DNA of 20,000 bases, taken from the IMG/VR virus record IMGVR_UViG_3300014050_000019; one strand, written 5' to 3'. A program made the translations under genes and the position numbers. Below, in pieces: positions 1 to 10,013 of the stretch. Source of the stretch: an uncultured virus (IMG/VR IMGVR_UViG_3300014050_000019). Its lineage: Duplodnaviria > Heunggongvirae > Uroviricota > Caudoviricetes. The notes beneath the pieces were generated by a model. That model was not told the DNA's origin. It saw only the letters and a list, made by a program, of their open reading frames with translations, and made no database searches. Position 1 is the first letter of the stretch; each line of letters begins with the position of its first letter.

Positions 1-1941
1 ACCAGTTCTATTGTTATATAATGCATTTTGACCAAATGCAGTATTTTGAGTTCCAGATGTATTAAGTTGAAGAGATTGATTTCCAAATGCAGTATTGTAA
101 GTACCAGTGGTGTTTGAAACAAGTGAATTAAGTCCAACAGATGTATTACTTGAAACCGAGCCAGCACCCATACCAATAACAACACCATTAATGCTTGCAT
201 CAACTGCAGAGGTTAATTTACCTGTTGGGGATATGGATGCAAGCACCGTTCCAGCAGAGTTCTGCCACTCCTGCAAGTTGGCAGTTTGGGAGGCATGGCC
301 TTTAATAACAGCGCCAATATCGGTAGCGCCTTGCGATTGAACAAATAGGTATGTCGGAGTTCCTGTAAGATTTCTATTTGTTCCTAATGAAAGAGTTCCA
401 AATTGATCTACTATAAATTTAGTTGCACCATTAAACCCACCAGCGGTAAAACTTCCATCAAAAGCCACTCTTGCCATTAAAGTACCACTACTATTTTTCC
501 ATTCAGTAATATTTGCAGTTTGACCTGAATTAGACTGTATAGTAAGAGTTGTTCCTCCATAAACGCTGTTAATTACTGTACCGTTAGGACTTAATATTAA
601 AAGAGCTCCGCCAACTCTTTGAATCTTCCATTCTCCATTACTTACAATTCCGCCATAAGCCCCTAGTAGTTTTAATACTCCATTTGTTGATGCACCTGTA
701 GTTGTTGCAGACATTGAAGCAACTGTTGTTGAATCTGGTAGTTGCCATTGTTGTAAGTCTGCCGTTTGCGATGTAGCACCCTTAATTGTCAATCCAACTA
801 CTGATGGAAGACTTGATGTAATTACATCTCCGCCTGCCTTTGAAACCTTATTGCCAATTGATGTAGCTGTTGTCGTTGCAAAATTTGCATCATTGCCTAG
901 TGCCGTGGCTAATTCATTTAATGTATCTAATGTATTTGGGGCAGAGTTAACTAAGTTATTTACTGCTGTTGTAATATCTGAAGTTAGGGCAAGTGTACCT
1001 GTGGCATTTGGAAGGGTTACTGTTATATCGGATGTTACATCTGGTGCTTGAATAGTTAATTCGTTTGCATCCGCCGTTGCGCCTTCAATAATAATTTTGT
1101 TCTCTGGAACTATTAGATTTCCGTCTGCATCTAATGCGGCTGGGCCAGAAGGCTGTCCCAATACATTCAATGGGATATAGTCTCCTAGACTATTTTGTAA
1201 ATCTCCTGCTAATACAAAGTCATTTGATAAATCGTAGTTTTTCCATAGCTCTGTAGTTGAGTCGTATACTAAGGCATTTTTATTCTGTACTTGATTAATT
1301 GCAACATTGTGTAACTCGTGTAACTCAAAGCCATTCTGAATAGATACAAATATTGATCCTGTATTCTGTTGTCCGCCTCTTACTACAACTCCAAGATATA
1401 CTAGGTGTGCTGGTGCCGATGGCTTATTAACAAGACCAAATATCTTAGCCCCATTTACTCCAAGCCATACTGGATCTCCGTCTACCGATCCAGTTGTATC
1501 TACGTTTTCAAGTAATCCATTTGTAACTACCTGACCATTTGAATTATTTGATATTGTAGAACTTACTAGCCCAAATGTTTTTGATGAGCCCGATTCAGTA
1601 GCATTTGTAGCAGATGCAATTAATAGTTTGCCTGATGCTCCGTCAGAGCCTGTTACTCTTACAGGAGTTCCTTTAGTTAAGGATGCCCCGCTCTGATTTC
1701 TTACGTCTTGATAAATTAATTTTGTGCCAGAAACGCCAGCAGTAATTGCTGCTTCTAATTGGGCAATTTTATAGTCATGAGAAGTTGTTACGGTTGAGCT
1801 ATTAACTCCAACCTTAGCCTGCAACTGCTCAATAGCGTCATTTGCGTTTGCATGTTGTGCGGCATGTGAAGGGCTACTTAACTGATCTGTTATTGCGGGA
1901 TTAGTTAATGAGTCTAATGAATTTGGAAAATTAGTAGCCAT
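1..1941 (-). CDS. Tail fibre / receptor-binding protein (partial, runs off the left edge; >=647 aa)
   Basis: Absent from the ORF track because there is no stop in the window. Hand translation from ATG 1941: MATNFPNSLDSLTNP...HANANDAIEQLQAKVG..., tail-fibre motif APNTLDTLNELATALGNDANFATT, three xQTAx(L/I)xxW repeats, and C-terminal NTAFG..L..NT.G beta-roll-like repeats. Confidence 0.85.
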   Translation of the reverse strand, partial: MATNFPNSLDSLTNPAITDQLSSPSHAAQHANANDAIEQLQAKVGVNSSTVTTSHDYKIAQLEAAITAGVSGTKLIYQDVRNQSGASLTKGTPVRVTGSDGASGKLLIASATNATESGSSKTFGLVSSTISNNSNGQVVTNGLLENVDTTGSVDGDPVWLGVNGAKIFGLVNKPSAPAHLVYLGVVVRGGQQNTGSIFVSIQNGFELHELHNVAINQVQNKNALVYDSTTELWKNYDLSNDFVLAGDLQNSLGDYIPLNVLGQPSGPAALDADGNLIVPENKIIIEGATADANELTIQAPDVTSDITVTLPNATGTLALTSDITTAVNNLVNSAPNTLDTLNELATALGNDANFATTTATSIGNKVSKAGGDVITSSLPSVVGLTIKGATSQTADLQQWQLPDSTTVASMSATTTGASTNGVLKLLGAYGGIVSNGEWKIQRVGGALLILSPNGTVINSVYGGTTLTIQSNSGQTANITEWKNSSGTLMARVAFDGSFTAGGFNGATKFIVDQFGTLSLGTNRNLTGTPTYLFVQSQGATDIGAVIKGHASQTANLQEWQNSAGTVLASISPTGKLTSAVDASINGVVIGMGAGSVSSNTSVGLNSLVSNTTGTYNTAFGNQSLQLNTSGTQNTAFGQNALYNNRTG

Positions 1942-1949
1942 ATATTAGT

Positions 1950-1958
1950 ATTATACCA
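1950..1958 (-). promoter_or_regulatory. Extended -10 promoter (TGGTATAAT), near-leaderless start of the tail fibre gene
   Basis: TG-G-TATAAT lies 8 nt upstream of ATG 1941, with no SD; it directly follows a terminator. Confidence 0.65.
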
Positions 1959-1969
1959 GCCTTGTCATT

Positions 1970-2002
1970 AAGAAACAGGCCCTAGATTTCTCTAGGGCCC
2001 GC
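1970..2002 (-). terminator. Intrinsic terminator
   Basis: Minus strand GCGGGCCCTAGA-GAAA-TCTAGGGCCTGT followed by TTCTT, just after the stop at 2020. Confidence 0.8.
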
Positions 2003-2019
2003 TTCTTTATTAATTTTTA

Positions 2020-2292
2020 TTATCCTTCTACTGATGCTGGATTTGGTTTGATATCACCGTTAGAAAGCGCATCTACAAAAGATGTTCCAAATGCTTCTGC
2101 GTTCTCTCTAGTGTCAAACGGACCAGATCTATCTACAACTCTTCCGTCACCATATGTGATGACTACGAGATCTTCGGAGATCTCTTGAGTATATTCAGTA
2201 AAAGAGAGTGTAACCTCTTCAACTGGGAGTGGCTCAGATGATGCAACAAATTCCTCAACTCCAGTTTCTAGTACTTCTGTCTCTTCTGTCAT
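2020..2292 (-). CDS. Acidic hypothetical protein, possible tail fibre assembly chaperone
   Basis: 90-aa ORF with SD AAAGGAG, Glu-rich, directly after the large beta-propeller gene; motif GPFDTRENAEAF. Confidence 0.7.
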   Translation of the reverse strand: MTEETEVLETGVEEFVASSEPLPVEEVTLSFTEYTQEISEDLVVITYGDGRVVDRSGPFDTRENAEAFGTSFVDALSNGDIKPNPASVEG

Positions 2293-2305
2293 TTTATTAT
2301 CTCCT

Positions 2306-4819
2306 TTAGATCTTTGTTAAGTCTACTGCTGGAACTTCATAAATTCCAAAGTATCCTGCGTTTGATGTGTATGGCTGAGTACCCTGATCTTGATCACAGT
2401 ATCCAATTGCCATAAATACGTTTCCAGCTTGTACAAACTTAGAGACTGGGTATGCTCTAAGTGTTTGACGAGTAAAGTATCCTCTTGCCATTGGCAAGTT
2501 CATACCGTTTCTCCACTGAACGTATCCATGTGATCCTCCACCGTAGCTGTTGCCGTCAGTACCCTGTGAGTTATCTCCACGACGTGCAGTTCTACCAATG
2601 AATGCCATTGGAATATCTCCAAATACCTGTACTACTGGAACCTGTGCATTGTTAAATGCATGCTGTCTTTCACCAGGAATTGTACCAAAGTTAGCATTTT
2701 CTGAACGACCAAGTAATGACTGGAACTGATCGTTAGTAGATACAACAGTTTCTACAGTGTTATATAAGAAACCGCTGTTGGTCCTGTCATAAGTTCTTCC
2801 ATTCATGCCGTAGTGATGTGACCATGACTGTAAGTTATTAGAAATTGTTAAGTTAACCACTGCGTTAGATGAGTTTGTTCCATTACCCATGGATGCAATA
2901 GCAACTCCGTTGTTGTAATCGAAGATAAAATCGTCTCCCATTTGTGTGGATGTTGATGTAAAGGTATATGTTGAGTTACCCCATACTACTCCTCTATCAC
3001 CAATTACTGACATGTAATCTGGTGGGTTTCCATCGACGGATCTCCAGTATACGCCATTATCTGATGAGTGATACAAATTTTGAGTTCTTGTCCAACCTCC
3101 TACCCACTTCTCTCCTACCCACTTAATAAACTTAGGTGAGTAATCTTGAGAGTTAGGGTTAGCAGATCCTGGAACACCGTTTGAGTTCCATGAAATTTGT
3201 GTCCATGTAGTTGTCTGTCCAGCTGTTTTATTTGGCTTACCAGCTGTTCTATAGAAGTTACGATTATCTGTTGAAATAGCAACATAAACGTCATTTCCAT
3301 ATTCTACTGTAATTGGAATATGTGAACCTACGTTAAACTCCGATAGCCATGTTTCTCCGTCAAGTGACGTATAAACAGTACCATTAGATGCTCCCAGGAA
3401 CCATACTCCGTTAATAATTTTTAAGAATGCAATCTGCATCTTTGTTCCAGTTCCAGATGATGGACCTGAACCAATTCCAAGGTTTGCACCTGTTCCTGTT
3501 GGGTCTACGTTAAATCTTGCAGAGAACCAAGTCTTACCGTTATCAAGAGATTCCATAAAGTGGAATCCACCAAATAGTCTTCTCTGTGATAAGAATGCTA
3601 GGATTTTATTTGTACCCTTTGCAATCATTTCAAGGTTTCCGTAACCTACAGGCAATGCTGTCATCTGCCATGAATCTGGATTAGATGCGTCATCCTGTCT
3701 AATTTTACCAAAGTTTACAACTCTTGAGTTTAGGTTTGTAAATGATGTTGATGTTGTGTACTGAAGAATTTGATCTCCAGAGTTATAAGTCATAATTGCT
3801 ACCTTTGTTTGACCATCTGTTGCAATTGGTAATGTCTGATTCTGAGAGTTATTCATATCTGTACCATTTGAACCAAAGTAGTTGGTTGCATATGTTATCG
3901 ATGTAGCGTTAAATGTGCTTCCTGTTGCTGACCAGTATGTGCTTGCGTTACCAGCTCCAGCTGCAATCCACTGTGATGTTGATGCTGCCCAAACTACTCT
4001 GTGTAGTTCTGGGGCACCAGAAACCTGTGTCTTTGCGTCCCAAAAAATTCCATCTGGTGATGTAGAAAATCTTCCATTTCCACCAACTGATAGAATGATT
4101 GTTCCATTAAAGGCCATATCATATACGTTTGAGTTGGAATCAAGTGTTGTGTGAGTTCCAAATCCTGTAGTTACTGCTGTCCACGCAAGAGGTGTGTTGC
4201 TGGTTGAATAGGCCATACGACCATTTGTTCCAGCCATGACCCATCTATTTGCAGATCCTGCAGCATATGTTAATGCGTAGATATCATGAATTGATGAGAA
4301 AGCTGCGTTATTAGAAAGAGTCCATGTAATTGCATCTGTTGAATATGCAAACTTTCCATTATTAGCAACAGCTACATAATAGCCATTTCCAAAACGAACT
4401 TTATTAATATATGTTCCACCGAATGGTGATGTTCTTTCAGTCCATGTGTGCTGATTTGTTCCAGTAAAAATACGTCCTAGACGTGTTACTGCAACCCATT
4501 GTCCATTTGCATAAATAGCATCTGAGACATAATCCATGTAATATTTAGACTGGTTGATAGGCAGCGGGCCTTTTCCAGAAAACCATTCAGTTCCATTGTG
4601 TGACCATGCATGAGCACCTTTGGTGCCAAACATAATCCAAATATCGTTACCGTAAGCAATTGTAGTTGCATTGCGTCCAGCATAGTTAGATGTACCTGTA
4701 CCAGATGCACTAATGCCACCTTGAGCAAAAGATACTTCTGTAATATATCCAAGACCTGCTGGAACTGCGGTTGTTAAACCTGTTGCAGAGCTGGTTGAAG
4801 ATAATCTAGTAATCGCCAT
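2306..4819 (-). CDS. BNR/Asp-box-type beta-propeller protein, putative receptor-binding/tail protein
   Basis: 837 aa with repeated S-x-D/N-G-x-x-W motifs (SHNGTEW, STDAITW, SPDGIFW, SLDNGKTW, SLDGETW, SSDNGVYW); tail module context. Confidence 0.8.
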   Translation of the reverse strand: MAITRLSSTSSATGLTTAVPAGLGYITEVSFAQGGISASGTGTSNYAGRNATTIAYGNDIWIMFGTKGAHAWSHNGTEWFSGKGPLPINQSKYYMDYVSDAIYANGQWVAVTRLGRIFTGTNQHTWTERTSPFGGTYINKVRFGNGYYVAVANNGKFAYSTDAITWTLSNNAAFSSIHDIYALTYAAGSANRWVMAGTNGRMAYSTSNTPLAWTAVTTGFGTHTTLDSNSNVYDMAFNGTIILSVGGNGRFSTSPDGIFWDAKTQVSGAPELHRVVWAASTSQWIAAGAGNASTYWSATGSTFNATSITYATNYFGSNGTDMNNSQNQTLPIATDGQTKVAIMTYNSGDQILQYTTSTSFTNLNSRVVNFGKIRQDDASNPDSWQMTALPVGYGNLEMIAKGTNKILAFLSQRRLFGGFHFMESLDNGKTWFSARFNVDPTGTGANLGIGSGPSSGTGTKMQIAFLKIINGVWFLGASNGTVYTSLDGETWLSEFNVGSHIPITVEYGNDVYVAISTDNRNFYRTAGKPNKTAGQTTTWTQISWNSNGVPGSANPNSQDYSPKFIKWVGEKWVGGWTRTQNLYHSSDNGVYWRSVDGNPPDYMSVIGDRGVVWGNSTYTFTSTSTQMGDDFIFDYNNGVAIASMGNGTNSSNAVVNLTISNNLQSWSHHYGMNGRTYDRTNSGFLYNTVETVVSTNDQFQSLLGRSENANFGTIPGERQHAFNNAQVPVVQVFGDIPMAFIGRTARRGDNSQGTDGNSYGGGSHGYVQWRNGMNLPMARGYFTRQTLRAYPVSKFVQAGNVFMAIGYCDQDQGTQPYTSNAGYFGIYEVPAVDLTKI

Positions 4820-4821
4820 TT

Positions 4822-5172
4822 TTAGTTAATCTCCGTTCCAAACAATGTAATTGAAACTCCACCAGTGTTTGAATAAACTGTTACAACATCTCCTGTTGCC
4901 AGTGATGCTGTTGCATTTCGTAGTGTTGCTCCTAACGTAATTGCAATTGAATCATTTGCACCTAATGTTGCGTCGTATGCGATGTAGTGCTTTGAAGCCA
5001 ATGACTCCGCTGCTGGTCTAATTGCAATACGATATGTTGCTGATGCAGATGTTGTATTTGATACTGAAATTGTTGACACAATTGATTGTGTGCTTGCTGG
5101 CACCTGATACACGTCGGTATTAGTTGCTACTGCTGGGGCTACTTGCCCTAAAACTTTATATATTGTTGGCAT
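4822..5172 (-). CDS. Small beta-sandwich structural/tail accessory protein
   Basis: 116 aa, beta-rich (YKVLGQ...YIAYD...FGTEI), SD AGGA, tightly packed in the operon. Confidence 0.75.
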   Translation of the reverse strand: MPTIYKVLGQVAPAVATNTDVYQVPASTQSIVSTISVSNTTSASATYRIAIRPAAESLASKHYIAYDATLGANDSIAITLGATLRNATASLATGDVVTVYSNTGGVSITLFGTEIN

Positions 5173-5176
5173 TTCC

Positions 5177-5473
5177 TTATACTCCTATTAATAGCATTGG
5201 GTTAAACGCAATTCTGCTTTGAATATCAGAAATTGCGGTTGTCGCTGCTGAATTTACTAGATTAACGTTTGTTGTTCCAGCTGAATTAATTGCAGAAACT
5301 CGGTCAGCTGTTGCTGCGACAATATCATTGACGCCCAACATATTACCTAAAGTTTCTAGTGCTTTTGCAATAAAAACTAAATCTTGTGCGCCGTATTGCG
5401 TTGCCGCTAAACTTTGATCGATTTCTGTCTTTACTGCATTTATTTGTGTTGATAAAGTACTGTAATCTGGCAT
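5177..5473 (-). CDS. Hypothetical structural protein (helical/coiled-coil)
   Basis: 98-aa ORF, operon packing, SD GGAAAGG. Confidence 0.7.
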   Translation of the reverse strand: MPDYSTLSTQINAVKTEIDQSLAATQYGAQDLVFIAKALETLGNMLGVNDIVAATADRVSAINSAGTTNVNLVNSAATTAISDIQSRIAFNPMLLIGV

Positions 5474-5474
5474 T

Positions 5475-6569
5475 TTATACCTTTCCTCCTACAAAATTAA
5501 TTCCTGTGATATCTTGCATATATCTCAACAATCCGAAACCAGTGATGTTTCCAGAATTAATACTAACATTTGTCCTGTTATTTAGCAAGTCATCGGTGAC
5601 GGTTGCCCCTATGAAATTTAGAACAGGTCTTTTTAGCAATGTCGTACCATTAGAGGCTATTACCCCATTAGACTGAGTCTGCCAAGAAGATGATGTTCCG
5701 TCTGTGTACAAGAACTTGTCGGCATTTCCAGTTTGAGATGGAATAGTTCCTGCAATAGTCAGGGTTCCACCCAATGACACTGGGGCCCCGTTAATAGTAA
5801 TTGAACTATTAGTCAGGGCGCTGTTTGGAATATTTGTAAGTGTATTTGATGATCCAGAAATTGTTTTATTTGTTAAAACTTCTGACCCCGTAAGCGATGC
5901 TTTTGAGGACAGAGATGTTGCTATTGTTGATGCAAAACTTGCATCGTTATTTAATGCTGTTGCCAATTCTTTAAGTGTATTTAAAGCACTTGGTGCTGCA
6001 TCAATTACTGCGCTTACTGCTGTAGATACAGAATTTGTAACATAGGCAGTTGTTGCAATTTGTGTTGTATTTGTCCCAGCTGGCGCTGTTGGCGCTGTTG
6101 GAATTCCAGTTAATGCTGCGTTTGCTAAAATACCAGATGATGCATTTTGAATATCTGTAAGTGTTTGACTAGCAATTGCACTAATTTGATTATATTGATA
6201 ATTTCCTTCAGAAACAACTCTTCCAAGACTTAGGTTTGTTGTTGCTGTTTCAAGGGCCTTCATCTGAAGAAGAAGTTCTTTTGTATCTACATTTACTACT
6301 GCAACTCCTACTGCTCCAGTTACTGCCGTTCCAGTTGCTGGATTAGTTACAGTAAACTGTTGTGTTGTGGCTGAAGCAATTGTGACATTTGCTAAGTTAA
6401 ACGCTGATGTTGATAGTCCAGTAATTGTTACTATCTGACCAGCAGAAAATCTGTTACTAGCTGTATAAGTTACCGTTGTACCATTTGAAGATGCGGCGGT
6501 AACTGTTGCCGTCAGTCCTTCAATCTTTGATTTAATTACTGACTCTAGATTTGTATAGTTAAGTGTCAT
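5475..6569 (-). CDS. Tail fibre protein
   Basis: 364 aa with ALTGIPTAPTAPAGTNTTQIATTAYV and APSALNTLKELATALNNDASFA, both recurrent phage tail-fibre motifs; SD AAGGAG. Confidence 0.8.
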   Translation of the reverse strand: MTLNYTNLESVIKSKIEGLTATVTAASSNGTTVTYTASNRFSAGQIVTITGLSTSAFNLANVTIASATTQQFTVTNPATGTAVTGAVGVAVVNVDTKELLLQMKALETATTNLSLGRVVSEGNYQYNQISAIASQTLTDIQNASSGILANAALTGIPTAPTAPAGTNTTQIATTAYVTNSVSTAVSAVIDAAPSALNTLKELATALNNDASFASTIATSLSSKASLTGSEVLTNKTISGSSNTLTNIPNSALTNSSITINGAPVSLGGTLTIAGTIPSQTGNADKFLYTDGTSSSWQTQSNGVIASNGTTLLKRPVLNFIGATVTDDLLNNRTNVSINSGNITGFGLLRYMQDITGINFVGGKV

Positions 6570-6577
6570 GATTCTCC

Positions 6578-7582
6578 TTATAGTCCAGCCAACGCTAAGA
6601 CTTCAACATCTGATAATTGACTAGATGTAGCAAATCCCGCTGTATTAAATGCAGTTGTTTGAATTGTATTATCTGGAAATTTAATTCCTGCTCCTGCTGG
6701 AGAAGTTGGAATTAATACATTTCCATTTGAATCAGTCTTGGCAACTCCATCTGCAAAACCAACTACTGATAGAGGAACATAGTCACCTATGCTATTTCCA
6801 ATATTATTTAATTGATTTTGAACATTAGAGTCTAAGCCAGATAGATAATTTATCTCAGATGAAGTAACTGTAACTCCATCTAGAATATTAAGTTCTGCGG
6901 CAGATGCTGTTACATCTGTTATATTTGAAAGCGTATGAGTGTGTCCTGTAGAAGCTTTACTATTAATTTGTGATTGAATTCCTGATGTTACTCCATCAAG
7001 GTATCCGATTTCAGTATCTGAAACACCTGATACACGAGTTTGAATTGTAGAAGTATTTACAGAAATGGATCCTGTATTATCATTATAAGAAAGTCCAGTA
7101 CCAACATTATTTCCCACTGCATCTTGAGCTGCTTCATCAAAATCTGTTATATTTGAAGAAGTGTGGGTATGACCTGTTGCAGATTTACCTGCAAGAAGTG
7201 TGTCTACCTCTGATTTTGTATATGCATTTATTTCTGTAGGAGAACCCCATGTACCAGAATTTTTTACGTATACATCTAAATTTGTTATATCAACATAAAC
7301 GTCACCGTTTTGTCCGTTTGAATTATTTGGCACACCAGCTGCAAATGTTGCTGTTGTTACTAAGGATCCGCCTGCCCCTACTAAAACATTTCCATTATAA
7401 TCATGTGTGTGATTTGTTGTTCCGCCGCCGCCTGCACCTGCGCCTACTTCTAGCCACTCTGTTCCAGAGTAAAATTTAATTTTTGAACTTGTTGAGTTAA
7501 AATAAATATCTCCAGCAAGGGCGGTGGTGGGATCTGTTGTAAGCTGTACTAGGTTAACTGGGACCTTAAATTGTCTCGACAT
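6578..7582 (-). CDS. Tail fibre-like protein with His-x-His repeats
   Basis: 334 aa; NHTH/GHTH motifs (metal-binding triple-fibre type), EIGYLDGVTS/ELNILDG repeats, GDIYFNS motif. Confidence 0.75.
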   Translation of the reverse strand: MSRQFKVPVNLVQLTTDPTTALAGDIYFNSTSSKIKFYSGTEWLEVGAGAGGGGTTNHTHDYNGNVLVGAGGSLVTTATFAAGVPNNSNGQNGDVYVDITNLDVYVKNSGTWGSPTEINAYTKSEVDTLLAGKSATGHTHTSSNITDFDEAAQDAVGNNVGTGLSYNDNTGSISVNTSTIQTRVSGVSDTEIGYLDGVTSGIQSQINSKASTGHTHTLSNITDVTASAAELNILDGVTVTSSEINYLSGLDSNVQNQLNNIGNSIGDYVPLSVVGFADGVAKTDSNGNVLIPTSPAGAGIKFPDNTIQTTAFNTAGFATSSQLSDVEVLALAGL

Positions 7583-7584
7583 TA

Positions 7585-8805
7585 TTAACCTACAATAACG
7601 ACTCTATATTCTCCGTCTGAAGGTGCCGCAGCAAATTTAATTGTTGTGGTGTCATCTGAAGTATGTTCTACATCAGCTTCGACTTGAGCGTATGGAGTGC
7701 CAGTTTGATAAATTTGTACAGTTACATCTTTTGTCCCAAGGTTGTGTGTAAATAAAAATGTAGTATTTGTTGGGCCATTTGTTGCATCTGCTAGAAGAAT
7801 ATTCTTCTTAAACTTACGTGTAATTTCATGGTAATTTGTACCATTATTTGTAAGTGTCCACTTATCCTCTGACTCATTCCACAAAATCTCAACGTCTGGT
7901 GAAGCACCACGTTCTACACGGATACCAGCATCTGTTGTTGGTGTTCCTGTAAAGTCGGTATTAAGGTTGATCTTATTATCAACTATATTTACCTGTGTTG
8001 TGTTTACTGAGTTGATTGTTCCAGTAACATTTAAGTTACCGCCAACTGTTAAGTTGTTTGTGATTGTTACATCATCTGGAAGTCCAATTGTAACGCTAGC
8101 ATTTTCAGAACCTGAACCAGAAACTGTAACTTCATTGGCGGTGCCAGTGATTCCCGCTACATAATTTCCTGTTGTTTGTGTTCCAAGGTTAACATTCTTG
8201 ATTGATACAGCTCCACTTGCGACAGTGAAATCTGCATCAGCAAATGATGCTACGCCTTTATTTGTTGTGCTTGCGTCTTCGCCAGCAATTGTAATTGTAT
8301 TTTCTGTAACAGTAACATCAATTCCTTCTCCACCAGAAACCTGTAAAGATTCTGTAAGAAGAGAAATACCAGTTGTACCAGTATCTCCATTAATTGTTAA
8401 TGTTGTTGCTACATCTGCTTCGCCAGCTACAGTTAATTGACCTTGAGCATTAACAGTAAATGTTGGGATCTTTGTTGCTGATCCATATGCTCCTGCTGTA
8501 ACGCCAGTGTTGGTAATCGAAATTGTTTCGGTTCCTGCTGGATCTCCATAGACCGCAGTAATACCTGTTCCGCCAACAATTGTTGATCCAATGATATCTT
8601 GTATTGCTTCTGTAGAAGCAGACATTGGTACCCATGGACCGTCTGGTGCTGTGCGACCATTGTAATAGTACATTACATTGTCTGAGTTGTTATAGTATAT
8701 CTGTCCTGTTACTGGAAGTGACGGTGCAGATGATACGTTTTGAATTCTAGCATTAATAAGCTCATTCTTGTTGAGGTTAATACTAGTTACAAATAGTCTT
8801 GCCAT
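7585..8805 (-). CDS. Tail fibre / structural protein
   Basis: 406 aa, Gly/Thr-rich; AGAYGSATKIPTFTVNAQGQLT, DAGIRVERG..ILWNESEDKW and C-terminal HNLGTKDVTVQ motifs; SD GAGGAG. Confidence 0.75.
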   Translation of the reverse strand: MARLFVTSINLNKNELINARIQNVSSAPSLPVTGQIYYNNSDNVMYYYNGRTAPDGPWVPMSASTEAIQDIIGSTIVGGTGITAVYGDPAGTETISITNTGVTAGAYGSATKIPTFTVNAQGQLTVAGEADVATTLTINGDTGTTGISLLTESLQVSGGEGIDVTVTENTITIAGEDASTTNKGVASFADADFTVASGAVSIKNVNLGTQTTGNYVAGITGTANEVTVSGSGSENASVTIGLPDDVTITNNLTVGGNLNVTGTINSVNTTQVNIVDNKINLNTDFTGTPTTDAGIRVERGASPDVEILWNESEDKWTLTNNGTNYHEITRKFKKNILLADATNGPTNTTFLFTHNLGTKDVTVQIYQTGTPYAQVEADVEHTSDDTTTIKFAAAPSDGEYRVVIVG

Positions 8806-8818
8806 TTTCTATGCTCCT

Positions 8819-9283
8819 CTAAGACAGGTACGCTGTCCCTGAGAATGGTTGAGCCATTGTCAGTGTTAAAGTGTTAACATTATTATACTCTATACCCGTT
8901 TCTAATATGTCGCCGCCACTGGTTTTTACGGTCACATTTGGGTGGAATTCTAAGTTATGATTTACTTGAATTGAATAAACTGGACCTGTTTGTCCATTAA
9001 ATTGAGCCATTTCCCAAGAGTACTCGAAGGCGATCTCTGTATTTAGAAGATAACTAGTTGCTCCAGCCCATGTTAGATCAGAAGGTTTTGGGCCATAAAA
9101 TCTTGTTGATGCTTTGTCATAATAGAAGTCTCCCTCTAGGCCTAAATTTTCTGCTGGTGCGCCAATGCCATTTAATATTGTTTTGCCACGGGGACCCTGC
9201 GGTCCAGGACTAGCAACAATTACATCGTTTATAGTTTCAGTTACTATAACTTTTGGAATGTTGTCGTTATTGATTATTGGCAT
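8819..9283 (-). CDS. Collagen-like-motif tail accessory protein
   Basis: 154 aa with GPQGPRG, GAPAENLGLEGDFYYD and HNLEFHPNVTV; TAATG overlap with the upstream gene. Confidence 0.75.
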   Translation of the reverse strand: MPIINNDNIPKVIVTETINDVIVASPGPQGPRGKTILNGIGAPAENLGLEGDFYYDKASTRFYGPKPSDLTWAGATSYLLNTEIAFEYSWEMAQFNGQTGPVYSIQVNHNLEFHPNVTVKTSGGDILETGIEYNNVNTLTLTMAQPFSGTAYLS

Positions 9284-9633
9284 TAGATAGTTACCGATCT
9301 ATTTAATGTCATAAATCCTTCAAGTAATTTTATTTTATTACCATTAGAGTCGATGACCATTAAATCATATGAAGATTTTGGATAGAATAATTTGTTAGTT
9401 TGTGTAGGGGTCATCTTAATGGTTAACTTGCCAAGAGCTGGATCTATTGTAATACCACCTGTTGATGGTGATGTTAAAGTAAACGCTAGCTTTGATCCGC
9501 CTTTTGTATCACGGACCTGCATTTTTGCGGTTGCACCTACTAAAGATATTGGTATATCGTTAGGGTCTTTATATTCTACAATAAAAGAGAATGTAGTGTT
9601 TTGATCTACTTCCCAGTTTTTTTGTCCTGCCAT
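9283..9633 (-). CDS. Ig-like tail/baseplate accessory protein
   Basis: Start re-assigned to ATG 9633 (MAGQKNWEV...) behind SD TAGGAG; ATAKMQVR...YDL...KLLEG pattern typical of phage beta-sandwich tail accessory proteins. Confidence 0.7.
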   Translation of the reverse strand: MAGQKNWEVDQNTTFSFIVEYKDPNDIPISLVGATAKMQVRDTKGGSKLAFTLTSPSTGGITIDPALGKLTIKMTPTQTNKLFYPKSSYDLMVIDSNGNKIKLLEGFMTLNRSVTI

Positions 9634-9647
9634 TTGCAACTCTCCTA

Positions 9648-9691
9648 ATAGGAAAACTCCTATGCTCATTTTAGCACAGGAGTCGTCCTAA
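9648..9691 (-). terminator. Terminator hairpin overlapping an extended -10 promoter (TGCTAAAAT)
   Basis: Minus strand ACTCCTGTGCT-AAAATG-AGCATAGGAGT-TTT after the holin stop; TG-C-TAAAAT spans the stem and loop. Confidence 0.55.
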
Positions 9692-9706
9692 TAGCTTAAC
9701 TATATT

Positions 9707-9940
9707 TTACTTCTTTGTGAATCCGAAACTTGTTTCATTTGGATTTAGTGCCTTTAGAATTACTGGGAGACAGGCTGCAATTCCGCCCTTAATTAGGTCT
9801 CCTGGGTCAGTATTTCCAGTCATGTAAAGAGCAATAGCCGCACCCAAAAAGTGACGACCATAGCTTGCCAACGCTGCTAGAATTTTTTCTTGCATTGTTA
9901 CCTTTCCATCATTGTTTAGATCTTCTTTTGTTTTTGACAA
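9707..9940 (-). CDS. Putative holin
   Basis: 77 aa with two hydrophobic segments, ASYGRHF...PVILKALNP...FG and a basic C-terminus; TTG start with strong SD AAGGAGG. Confidence 0.65.
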   Translation of the reverse strand: MSKTKEDLNNDGKVTMQEKILAALASYGRHFLGAAIALYMTGNTDPGDLIKGGIAACLPVILKALNPNETSFGFTKK

Positions 9941-10013
9941 TTTAGATCCTCCTTATTTCTGGGCCTAGTGCCCAGGAATTTTGGGTGTTACCCCAATATT
10001 TATTATATACCTT

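Noticed and set aside
1..4819. Diversity-generating retroelement or invertible tail-fibre cassette
   Set aside because: No reverse transcriptase, recombinase or long near-identical repeat pair was noticed in the window
6081..6101. Tandem TGGCGCTGT repeat
   Set aside because: Simply encodes the PTAPTAP tail-fibre motif
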